Positions 12,978 to 23,819 of a DNA stretch of 64,000 nucleotides are shown here, in pieces. Each line of letters starts with the position of its first letter. Within the stretch, counting starts at the first letter, position 1. The position numbers were made by a program, and so were the translations under genes. The notes under the pieces were generated by a model. That model was not told the origin of the DNA and searched no databases. It saw only the letters and a list, made by a program, of their open reading frames with translations. Location of the stretch: positions 784,204,020 to 784,268,019 of the forward strand of contig NC_058130.1 in NCBI RefSeq assembly GCF_016433145.1, read 5' to 3'. The DNA is from Gracilinanus agilis. Lineage: Eukaryota.

Positions 12978-15390
12978 TACGAACCCAACTACAAAACACT
13001 TTCCAAACAATTAAAACTAGATCTCAACAATTGTAAAAACATTGAATGCTCATGGGTAGGATGAGCTAACATAATGAACATCCTACCCAAATTAATTTAC
13101 TTATTTAGTGCCATACCTATCAAATTACCAAGAAATTTTTTTACTGAACTAGAAAAAATATAACAAAGTTCATTTGGAAGAACAAAAGATCAAGAATATC
13201 AAGAGAAATAATGGAAAAAATGTGAAGGAAGGTGGCCTAGCAGTACCAGATATTAAACTATACTATAAAGCAGCAGTCATCAAAACAATATGGTACTGGT
13301 GAAGAGACGAAAGGGAGAATCAGTGGAACAGACTTGGGGTAAGTGACTTCAGCAAGATAGTATATGAAAAAACCAAAGAGCCCAACTTTTGGGATAAAAC
13401 CCCACTATTTTACAAAAACTGCTGGGAAAATTGGAAAACAATATGGGAGAGATTGGGTTTAGATCAACATCTTACATCCTACACCAAGATAAATTCAGAA
13501 TGGGTGAATGATTTGAATATAAAGAAGGAAACTATAAGTAAATTAGGTGAGCACAGAATAGTATACTTGTCAGATCTTTGGGAGGGGAGGGATTTTAAAA
13601 CCAAGCAAGAGTTAGAAAAAATTGCAAAATGTAAAATCAATAATTTTGATTACACTAAATTAAAAAAGGTTTTGTACAAACAAAACCAATGCAGCCAAAA
13701 TTAGAAGGGAAGCAACAAATTGGGAAAAAATATAACAAAAACTCTGACAAAGGTCTAATTACTCAAATATATAAGGAGCTAAATCAATTGTACAAAAAAT
13801 CAAGCCATTCCCCAATTGATAAATGGGCTAGGGACATGAATAGACAATTTTCAGATAAAGAAATCAAAACTATCAACAAACACATGAAAAAGTGTTCTAA
13901 ATCTCTTATAATTAGAGAAATGCAAATCAAAACAACTCTGAGGTACCACTTCACACCTAGCAGATTAGTTAACATGACTAATGTTAATGTTAACTAATGT
14001 TAACATTAATGTTAAAAAGAGCAAAGGAAAGTGTTGAATGTTGGAGGGGATGTGGCAAAATTGGGACATTAATGCATTGCTGGTGGAGTTGTGAATTGAT
14101 CCAACCATTCTGGATGGCAATCTGGAACTATGCTCAAAGGGCTATAAAAGACTGCCTGCCCTTTGATCCAACCATACCATTGCTGGGTTTGTACCCCAAA
14201 GAGATCATAGGGAAAAAACATGTACAAAAATATTTATATCCATGCTCTTTATGGTGGTGAAAAATTGGAAAATGAGGGCATGCCCTTCAATTGGGGAATG
14301 GCTGAACAAATTGTGGTCTATGCTGGTGATGGAATACAATTGTGCTCAAAGGAATAATGAACTGGAGGAGTTCCATGTGAACTGGAAAGACCTCCAGGAA
14401 CTGATGCAGAGCGAAAGGAGCAGAGCCAGAAGAACATTGTACACAGAGACTGATACACTGTGGTACAATCAAACATAACCAACTTCTCTACTAGCAGCAA
14501 TGCAAGGATCCAGAGCAAGGCTGAGGGACTTAAGAGAAAGAAAGATATTCACATCCAGAGGAAGAACTGTGGGAGCAGAAACACAAAAGAAAAACAACTG
14601 CTTGAACACATGGGTTGATGGGGATATTGTTGGGGATGCAGACACTAAACAATTACACTAGTCCAACTATCAATAATATGGAAATGGGTCTTGATCAATG
14701 ATACATGTAAAACTCAGTGGAATTGCGTGTTGGCTATGGGGGGGGGTTGGGGAGAGGGAAAGAACATGAATCATGTTGTTAGGGTTCAAAATGGGTGGCC
14801 TCCAGAGGAACACACGAGACAATGCAATCAAAGCAGGAGAAAGCTTTATTGCCAGTACGCACTGGGGAAACTCAGCAAAGAGAGTCCCGAGGGGGCATTC
14901 AGAAGAAGGAACATATATATGTTTCTGGGATAGAGGTGCCTTTGTCTTAGGGTTAGCTAATAGCTAGACAGAGGGAGTAGGGATGCTTCCAGGTGCCACA
15001 GGATATGATTCTTAATCTTCAAGGCTGTTCTGTCTAGGAATCTTCAAGGCTGTTTCATCTAGGGGCCCTGGGGCTTCCAGCCAGGAGTTGTCCCTGGGAC
15101 TGTGAGTCAGAGAGATAACTGCCCTGCTTGAGTCGGGCATGACGTTATCCAAAAAATCCCCTGCTTAATTGCTAAGTTTAGCTTTTTGGCTATAATATTC
15201 TTATAAGCTATAAGCTATAATATTTCTATAAACTTTTTTGGCTATAACAATGTAACCATGGGAAAATATTCTAAATTTAAAAAATAAATAAACGAAAATA
15301 AATAAATAAATGGCCAAACAAATAAAAAATAAATAAATGAATGAATGATAGACTACCAAAAAAAAAAAAAAGAAAAGAAAAGAAAAAAAA
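12978..15390 (+). mobile_element. 5'-truncated L1 (ORF2 3' part, 3'UTR, polyA) with nested LTR
   Basis: ORF2 remnants ([14 protein letters not shown]; [25 protein letters not shown]), A-rich tail at 15280-15390, TSD agaact(a/g)gggttca at 12964-12977 and 15391-15404. Confidence 0.93.
14777..15249 (-). mobile_element. Solo LTR (473 bp, 4-bp TSD, ERV1-like) inside the L1 3'UTR
   Basis: TG...CA ends; TSD ATGT at 14773-14776 and 15250-15253. Removing it restores gaacatgaatcatgtaaccatggg, as seen in the L1 at 27.3 kb. AATAAA on - at 14845-14850. Confidence 0.88.
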
Positions 15391-16175
15391 AGAACTGGGG
15401 TTCAGGATCTATCCAGAGAGAAGAGTGGCCATGGCTAGGGAGCGGCGGGAGCCGATGCTGGACATCAGATCGGAACCCGGGACCTCCTGGCTCCTGCTCT
15501 GCTTTTGTGTGTGCGGAGCCACCTTGCTGCCCCTTTCTTTGGGGATTCCCCATCCTCTGCTGGCTTCTATGGCCCCCTCCTGGTCCGGTTCTCTTCCTGG
15601 CTCTCTGCTTCCATGATCAGGCTCTTCCTTTAAACCTTGCTGTCCCCATTTCTGATGGAGAGTTGGATGAATGCCTTCAGCTTTTGCTGGTCACAGATGG
15701 GGCTGATTTTAGCCCTAACCCGGGGAACCTGCCTAGAAATGAAGGAGAGCATTTACCAAAGGCCGGCTGACCCCACGAGCAGGCTGGGCCACCCTGAACC
15801 CCGGATCCTCCCAACGAGGGGGCCATGTCTTCCTCCGGCCCTGTCTGAGGCCAAGACTGGCCCCACGAGGGGAGTCCACCAGCATGGGGGGGAACCACCT
15901 CATGCCTCTGTTTCCCTGTCTGTCCAATGAGCCGGAGCAGGAGAGGGCGGCCACTCCAGAATGTCTGCTGAGAAATCTCCAGGCAGGGTCACGGAGAGTT
16001 GGAAAGCCCTGAATGACTGGCTGGGCTAGTAAGGGGTGAAGGACCAGGAACGTGAATGAGAGCAGCCCAGGCTGCTGGGGAAAGGCACTGGTGAAGAGGA
16101 CTGAAGGACAGTCCAGGGGCCCTTAGCCCAGCCTCAGCTTCCCAACACTCATCCTAAGGGGCTCCACTATAGTTT

Positions 16176-16380
16176 TGTTTTGTTTTTTAACCCTTACCTT
16201 CCGTCTTGGAGTTAATGCTGAGTATTGGCTCCTAGGTAGAAGAGGGGTAAGGGTAGGCAATGGGGGTCAAGTGACTTGCCCAGGGTCACCCAGCTGGGAA
16301 GTGTCTGAGGCCAGATTTGAACCCAGGACCTCCCATCTCTAGGCCTGGCTCTCCATCCACTGAGCTATCCAGCTGCCCCC
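16176..16380 (-). mobile_element. SINE1_Mdo-like full-length SINE
   Basis: Head ggggcagctggatagctcagtgg on -, T-tract tail, TSD actatagttt / actacagttt. Confidence 0.88.
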
Positions 16381-17443
16381 TCGACTACAGTTTGAACATT
16401 TTTAAAGTACCAACTCAAAGGACAGCCCAAACCCCCAAAATGCTTTCTGTAGTGAAGATGCTGCTGCCCCCGAGCCTCAAGACGCCGGCTGTTCCTGGCC
16501 CACTCGGGTCAAAGGTAAGAAGAGGGGTTCAGTTCTGTCCTGGGAGGGACGCCGGCTCAGGGAGAGCGTTTTGGAGATAGTATTACTATTGCTAACATAT
16601 TTGAGGATGACACCAACTTCTCACTCTGCCCAGGCACCACGCCAGCCCGCCTCTGGCCTGGTGGGGCCACGGACTGTGCCCACCACGGAGAGAAGGGCCA
16701 CCGATAGGCTGTGTCCCTCCAAACCTGAAATTTGGGGATCCTAGTACTGTAAGTTATGGCCGCAGAGCCCTCCGGGGGTCTCCTCCGAGAGGCTCTGGGC
16801 CTGGGCTGCCGACATGGGACTTTGCCGTTGGTGGGGCTGGAGCTCCCCCCCCCCCCCAGGAGGGTCCCACTCACTCTACAGCTACTTCTCATGTCTGTGG
16901 AGGGAAGCTGAAAGCCGGAAAGTGATGGGCTGAGTTTGCAGGCTAGACAGAGCGAGCCCCAGAGGAGCGCAGAGAGGCGAGGAGCGGCCAAAGCTCAGCG
17001 CGCTCCCAGCCGCCCCCCCCCCCTCAGAGGTCTGACAGAGGGAGGCAGGGAGGGAGCCCGACGTTCCAGCTCAGAGCCGACCCCCAAAAGAGCGGCCGGC
17101 AACGCAACAGCACCGCCAGCTGCCCAGGAAAGAAACTCGGGTGGAGCCGCCTCCTCTCCGGCACGCTGGCACCCGCCTATACGAATGCCAGGGCCAGTCT
17201 CTGACGTCACAAAGGACCCCTAGAGCCTGCCTGCCAGCCTTCCGACTGCAGAGTAGTAGAGGTTGGATTTGGAAGTTCCACAGAATTGAAGCCCCATCCA
17301 GTAAGGATTCAGCAGTCAAGCGTGTGACATAGAAACAGATCCCTGAGGCTGGTCCATGAGCACTTTGCTCATTAGAGTCAGCTTTCGAATACATCTTTGA
17401 TACCTTCATGATTCATTATAACCAAGACCCTTCACTCTCCCCC

Positions 17444-17646
17444 NNNNNNNNNNNNNNNNNNNNNNNNNNNNNNNNNNNNNNNNNNNNNNNNNNNNNNNNN
17501 NNNNNNNNNNNNNNNNNNNNNNNNNNNNNNNNNNNNNNNNNNNNNNNNNNNNNNNNNNNNNNNNNNNNNNNNNNNNNNNNNNNNNNNNNNNNNNNNNNNN
17601 NNNNNNNNNNNNNNNNNNNNNNNNNNNNNNNNNNNNNNNNNNNNNN
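17444..17646. other. Assembly gap (203 N)
   Basis: N run flanked by CT-rich sequence. Confidence 0.99.
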
Positions 17647-17964
17647 TTTCTCCCTCTCTCCCTCACTCCTCTGTCTGTCAGTCTGACTCTCCCTTCCTCT
17701 TCTCCGACTCTTTCTCTGTGTGCATCTCTAGCTCTGACTCATTGCTGCCACCCAGGAAAAACTCGAGGAGCATCTCTAGAACTAAGCTGAGGCCTGGCTC
17801 CTGTCTTGGGTCCCTTCAGTGCCTCCCCCTGCAACTGGCCCCAGTTGAGCCTGTGTCTCCCTGGTACGACTCAAGGCTCTTTGAATGGGGTCTCCCCTCA
17901 CACTGTGAGCTCCTTGACCACAAGGCACACCTTTTGCCTTTCTTCATAGTCTCATTGCTTAGCA

Positions 17965-18165
17965 CAGTGATGGGCAAACTACGGCCCCGGGCCAGATGCA
18001 GCTCCCTGAAATGTTCTATCCAACCCTTGACATTATTCCTAATCGGATGAATACAGTGAGTAGAATACAGTACAATGAAACTTCGAAAGAGTTGCCTTAG
18101 AAACAGACTGAGAGAGGAGCATTTCCTTTCCTTTGGCCCCTCTGTAAAGAGTTGGCCCATCACTG
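17965..18165. mobile_element. hAT/Charlie-type MITE (201 bp) in an L2 3' end
   Basis: TIRs CAGTGATGGGCAAACT / CAGTGATGGGCCAACT (15/16); 8-bp TSD gcttagca / gcttagcg. Confidence 0.88.
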
Positions 18166-18359
18166 GCTTAGCGTGCTCCCTGGCACACAGTAGGTGCTTA
18201 AGAAAGGTTTACATCAATAAGGTCCAGAAGAGATGCCTTCATTATGTAACAGGTATCAGGTGCGAGATAGCAGCTCTCTCCCTCCATCCCAGAAATGGCT
18301 CACAACCCAGCCGCCTGCCTTATCTGGGTTCCTCCTGTAGCTAATCTGACTCCCAGAGG

Positions 18360-18680
18360 AAAAGGGGTTTGTTGCAGTTGTTGAGTGAGTTGTGTCTAAC
18401 TCTCCATGGCTCCAGTGAGGGTTTTCCGGGCAAAGATCCTGGAGTGGTTGGCCATTGCCTTCTCTGGCTCATTTTACAAATGAGGAAACTGTGGGAAATA
18501 AAGTAAAGTGACTTGCCCAAGGTCACATAGCTAGTACCTGAGGCCAGATTTGAATTCATTTCCTTCTTCAGCTCATTTTACAGAGGAGGGAACCAAAGCA
18601 AATGAGTGAAGTGATTTGCCCAGGGTCATAGAGCAAGTACCTGAGGCAGAATTTGAATTCAGACTCTCCTGGCTCAGGGC
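18360..18680 (-). mobile_element. MAR1-type SINE with dimeric core
   Basis: Two core units plus the BovB-like tail gagaaggcaatggccaaccactccaggatctttgcc on the - strand. Confidence 0.8.
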
Positions 18681-19654
18681 TGGTACATGCCACCTTGATG
18701 CCCTTTAGCGAAAGGTGAAGGAGACTCAATTCTGACTTCTCCACACTCCAGGTTGGAAGGGATAATGAAGTATTTCTAAAGGAAACGGACATGAAAGCTC
18801 AATGAGGAGCTGGAGGAGGAGAGTCTCCACTCTGGCCAGGATGGTGGCGAATGGACGTGACGAAGAAGGAAGAATTGAGAGAGAAAAGGTGGCCGAGCCA
18901 TTTGGGTGCCTTTTCCTAAAGAGGAGGGGGCTGGGCACTCGTCCTCCCAAGGATGCCAAGGCCACGGCAAGGCCAGCATCCAGGTCAGAGGAGAGCCTGA
19001 TGGCCAATTGTGTCTGCCCCTTCCTTGGGACTGGGCGCAGGACCCACAAAGACAGGCAAAGGAAGGAGAGTCAGTCCATGGTTTCCCTCCTGGGGGTGCC
19101 GAGGCAGCTCTTTACTGTCCTGAAGACAATATGAGAAAGATCAAACCTCCAAGATTTATGGCAACAGATGGCAGACGCCCACCCTGTGATTCACTCAGGC
19201 ACACACTGCTCTGCCAGAGGAATCTAAAAAAGGAATCAACCACATGGATCGGTGTGTGGCCAAGCACGGCTCCCAGGCCCAGCAATGAGCCACAAGGATG
19301 CTGGCCAGCAGCAGAAGGCCCAGAGACCTGCCTCAAGGAGACACCCTTGAGAGGCCATTGACATGACATTACGGGGATCCTTTCTTCTGTTCTCAATGAG
19401 GGGGAGCAGGAGGGCAGCCACAGGCAGATTTCTCCTGCTCAAAAAGTAAATAAAAGATCGTTTCCAAAAAGGATTTTAAGGTCTCGGGCAAGAAATAGAA
19501 GTGTATGGAACAAGATGAGTTTTCTTCACGTTTTCCCATTTAAGGGCAGGATGGCAGGAGAGAAAAATTAAGGCTAAAAGAGTGAACAGCTATGGAGATC
19601 TGGAAATCATCAACATAGAGATGGTGATGCAATGATGAGATCAACTGTGAGGAA

Positions 19655-19748
19655 GGAGGGAGAGAGAGGAGAGACAGAGAGACAGAGACAGAGAGAGAGG
19701 GAGAGAGACAGAAACAGAGAGAGAGACAGAGACAGAGAGGGAGAGAGA
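19655..19748. repeat. (GA)n/(GAGACA)n microsatellite, resuming at 21483 into a gap
   Basis: gagacagaga repeats seen directly. Confidence 0.9.
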
Positions 19749-21482
19749 TGTAAAAAAATAAAATCAATATATAATAATAACTTTAAAAATAGTGTGGTTT
19801 TTGTAAGATTTATTAATAGCCACTAGAAAATAAAGCCATGTGCTATGCTTAAAAAGCATGCTGTTGCCTGCTGCCACCATGGTGGATAGGAAGCAAAGAG
19901 GAAGTGAAACGCCAGCCCCTCAATTTCACCCCTCTGTCTACATCATTGTGTAACAACAGGAAGCCAGTGGGCTCATGGGAAATGTAGTTCCAGAACCCCA
20001 ATATTTCCAATAACACATTACCCCCTGAGAGCCAAGGGAGACTGGTCTCCCTGAAGGCTCTTATAAACACAACCAACTTTTAAATTACAGTAATTTGGGG
20101 ATTAAAAAGAAAAGAGGACAAAACCAATGACCCAATAATTGCTAGGCATATTGACAAAAAGTCAATTGGGGTAATCTCCTTTGGCATAACAGTGTACTTT
20201 CAAAACAAATACATTCAAACCTCCACAGTTCAATCAGCTGCACCCCAAAGTTCATTCTGGATCTTCTTGATGCAGTGTAGGTTTCTGCAGGTATCTTCAT
20301 GGTGCCTTCTCCAGACAGTTCACTTTCTGGAATTGGAGAGGTAGCAAATTTCTTATCCTGAAATTACTCTCAAAAGAATTTAAACTTCTCATTATAGGAT
20401 AATACATACCCCCCTGAGGAGAATAATAGCACATTCCCCCCTGAAGAAGATAGAGACAAACACCCAGATCAGCTAAGGATACATGGCTGAGTTATGGGTC
20501 AATTATCAAAAGAAATCCAAAAACATCAAAAAATCCAAATAAAAGGGAAAAATAATTTGTGGACGAAATATAAAATGTCAAAGTCTTATGTGCAAAAATG
20601 TAAATAAAGGAAAAATAAACATATATAGGTCCTTGAATCAGGGCCCAATTAAAGTGAGTTAAGCAATTGTGCAGTTATCCAGTTAGTAACCAGGACTACA
20701 GAAAGTTTGCCACATTATAAGAGAGAAAAGAGGACTAGTTTTTTGTGTAAAAAGGAAGTGTCATTCCCTGGTCAGATTTGCCTTCACTCTCAGGGATAGG
20801 GGGAGCCAGGATGATAGCCAACCTTTGGTACTTGACTAGGATGCGGTTCAGGGAAAGCTGGCCTCTAACATATGTCATAACATCCTCAATCTTGAACCTC
20901 AAACACTAGGTTCAAGTCCTTAGTATTGGCATAGAAATTTCATCAGTCCTACCTGGATTGGTTTGGTCTTTTTTTTTTTTTTTTTTTTTTTTTTACCTTG
21001 TGCTTCTAGGTACTGTGCATATTCGCATCAGTCCCTCTGGGTTGGTTGGTCTCCTTGATCTTGTGCTTCTTTGCACTATATAGTGGTTCTTTTGTTCCCC
21101 TCTCCTGGAATCAGACATAAACATTAATCACAGTCTCGTAATCATTTATCAATAAATGGCAGGTTTCCATAGTCTAAAGCTTTTGGGTATATATTAATAT
21201 AACAAATATATTTATATTAAACATATTACTGTAAAACAAAAAAAGATTAATATTAATTATATGTACTTTGCAAAAAATAAGAAAGGGAAAGATCAAATAT
21301 TCTATTAGAAAAATAAAGGCAATAGCAAAATAAAAATTCAGGAATTTAATGTGTTCCCAAAAACAGTATCCATTTGTCTATGGACTATTATCTCCAATGC
21401 ATGTGACAGGATACAGTCAATCAGATTCAATAGAAGGTGCTCTCTTTACATGTGAACAATGATATTAATTTTATTTTTTACA
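19749..21482 (-). mobile_element. 1734-bp AT-rich TG...CA element with ~21-bp terminal inverted repeats (long solo LTR or DNA element)
   Basis: Left end TGTAAAAAAATAAAATCAATAT; reverse complement of right end TGTAAAAAATAAAATTAATAT. GAGA flanks both ends (inside a GA microsatellite within L2). Internal direct repeats at 20941-21070. Strand inferred from a - strand AATAAA near 19810. Confidence 0.65.
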
Positions 21483-21492
21483 GAGACAGAGA

Positions 21493-21849
21493 NNNNNNNN
21501 NNNNNNNNNNNNNNNNNNNNNNNNNNNNNNNNNNNNNNNNNNNNNNNNNNNNNNNNNNNNNNNNNNNNNNNNNNNNNNNNNNNNNNNNNNNNNNNNNNNN
21601 NNNNNNNNNNNNNNNNNNNNNNNNNNNNNNNNNNNNNNNNNNNNNNNNNNNNNNNNNNNNNNNNNNNNNNNNNNNNNNNNNNNNNNNNNNNNNNNNNNNN
21701 NNNNNNNNNNNNNNNNNNNNNNNNNNNNNNNNNNNNNNNNNNNNNNNNNNNNNNNNNNNNNNNNNNNNNNNNNNNNNNNNNNNNNNNNNNNNNNNNNNNN
21801 NNNNNNNNNNNNNNNNNNNNNNNNNNNNNNNNNNNNNNNNNNNNNNNNN
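21493..21849. other. Assembly gap (357 N)
   Basis: N run after a GA microsatellite. Confidence 0.99.
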
Positions 21850-22063
21850 AGCAACTCCTGTGGTTAGAGGATCTAGCAAAGGACTCATAGGAGAGAGGTC
21901 AGAGAAGTAGGAAGAGAACTGGGAGAGAAGAGTGTCCTGAAAACCTAGAGGAAAGAGGGCATCAAGGGGGAGAGAGCAAGGGATAGGATCAAAGGCTGCA
22001 GAGGGGTCAAAGAAGATGAGGATTGAGAAAAGGCCATTGGTCTGACAATTAAGAGATCATTAG

Positions 22064-22480
22064 GGGGCAGCTGGGTAGCTCAGTGGATTGAGAGGTAGGC
22101 CTAGAGATGGGAGGTCCTAGGTTCATATCTGTCCTCAGATACTTCTCAGCTGTGTGACCCTGGGCAAGTCACTTGACCCCCATTGCCTACCCTTACCACT
22201 CTTCTGCCCTAGAGCCAATACACAGGATCCATTGACTCCAAGACAGAAGGTAAGGGTTTAAAAAAAGAGACAGAGATCATTAGTGAGGCAATGAAGTGAC
22301 TCAGTGGATAGAGTCAGGCCTGGAGACAGGAGGTCCTAGGTTCCAATCTGGCCTCAGACACTTCCTAGCTGGGTGACCCTGGGCAAGTCACATACCCCCC
22401 CCCATTGCCTAACCTTCACCATTCTTCTGCCCAGTACTGATTCTAGGATGGAAGGGAAGGGTCAAAAAGGAAAGCAATCA
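22064..22480 (+). mobile_element. Two tandem SINE1_Mdo-like copies inside an L2 fragment
   Basis: First copy 22064-22271 with TSD agagatcattag (22052, 22272); a more diverged copy follows at 22284-~22470; L2 resumes at atcattaatgactttggagag. Confidence 0.85.
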
Positions 22481-23819
22481 TTAATGACTTTGGAGAGCTC
22501 CGTTTCAGGAGATTGGTCAGATCAGAAACCAAACCCCCAAAGATTTAGAAGGGAGGGAGAGGCCAGGAGGTCTAGGCACTGGGGGGAATTGACTTTTGCC
22601 AGGGAAAGCCGAAGCTCAGACAGAAGTAAGGCAGGAAAGAGAAGTGAAGAGCAACCTAAGGGTGCCGGCTCTCCTGAGTACTTGTTCGCCATGGATGGGG
22701 TGATGTCTCCCTGCTTCACATGCTTCTAGTTTGCCCCATTTTGAATGGCTCCCCCACATGGATGCCAGCCAGCACTAACCTTTCCAGGCTGACCCCTAAC
22801 GGGGGAGCCTGAGTTCCTCCAGCTCTTCTGCTTCTGGTTTCTCTGCCGGGGGGGCCAATTTTACCCGGAGAAATGCGGCCAGTGGCCAGTGGATTCCTTA
22901 GGCTGGTAAGAAGGGGTTGGAGGCCAGCTGCTCCGGATGCCTGATTCTTGGGCCCAGAGAGGCAGCGTCTAAGTGGGAGTGCCAAGAGGAAGGCTCGAAC
23001 CCTTCTGGAAAGAGGGGCCACAGCCAGGAGACCAGGGAAGGCGCAAGTCCTGATTTTTCTAAAAAGTTCCAGGCTTTGGCTCCTGGGGAAATTCCAGAAG
23101 GGATCCTCTGTGGAAAGGCCAGCTGGAATAAGAAGGTGATAATGGCTCCCCCTCTTCTGCCCTAGCCGCCCCCCCAGAAAGAGGGAAGACCAGGATGACC
23201 CAGACTCCCTTAAGACAATAGCCTGTGGCTGGGGCCAGATCCTCGGAGCACAGCTGAGGAAGAGCCTGGACCTACTGGGAGAGCCATGGGGCATTGGATG
23301 GATGGAGCCGCCTTTAGCAAGCCCCTACTGGGCGCTGTGGCTGCACCACTGAGAATAACGTCCTAGAAGACTTCTGAGCTGGGGTAGCCCCAGAGGTCAG
23401 CCCCAGTGCTATGCCTCAAGGCGCAGGTGACCCTCCTGGCCAGAAAAGGGATATCCTGGGAGGGCGGCTTCAGATGGTGGAGGGGCTTGGGGGCTTCATC
23501 CCTGCTTTACTAAATGTGCCCCAAGGGCAGGGGCCTCTGGGCAGAACTGGGGCTCCTTCCACCATTTTTTAACTGTGTCTCAGTTTGCTCATCTGTATAA
23601 TGGGGACAGCAGTGCTCTCCACCAGCCCTCAGCAAAGGTATGATCCACATGAGACAAAAGGTGGGATGAGTCTGGGGAGCTTTAAGTCTTCAGTCACAAA
23701 GGCTGAGCCCGCCTTTTTCCTTCCTCCAACAGAAGGCTCCCACCTCAGCCATCCCTGGGAGTCACACGAGGATCCTAACACCCATTTTACAGAGGAGGAA
23801 AGCCGAGGCTCCAGGCGAG

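Noticed and set aside
13453-14478. L1 ORF2 fragments as a functional reverse transcriptase gene
   Set aside because: 5'-truncated, with several stops and frameshifts.
6989-21910. ORFs running through N-gaps at 7.0, 17.4 and 21.5 kb
   Set aside because: Artefacts of X codons not terminating the frame.
22064-22140. tRNA-like heads (ggggcagctgggtagctcagtgg...gttca) at several sites
   Set aside because: They are the tRNA-derived 5' ends of SINE1 elements, with SINE bodies, tails and TSDs; not tRNA genes.
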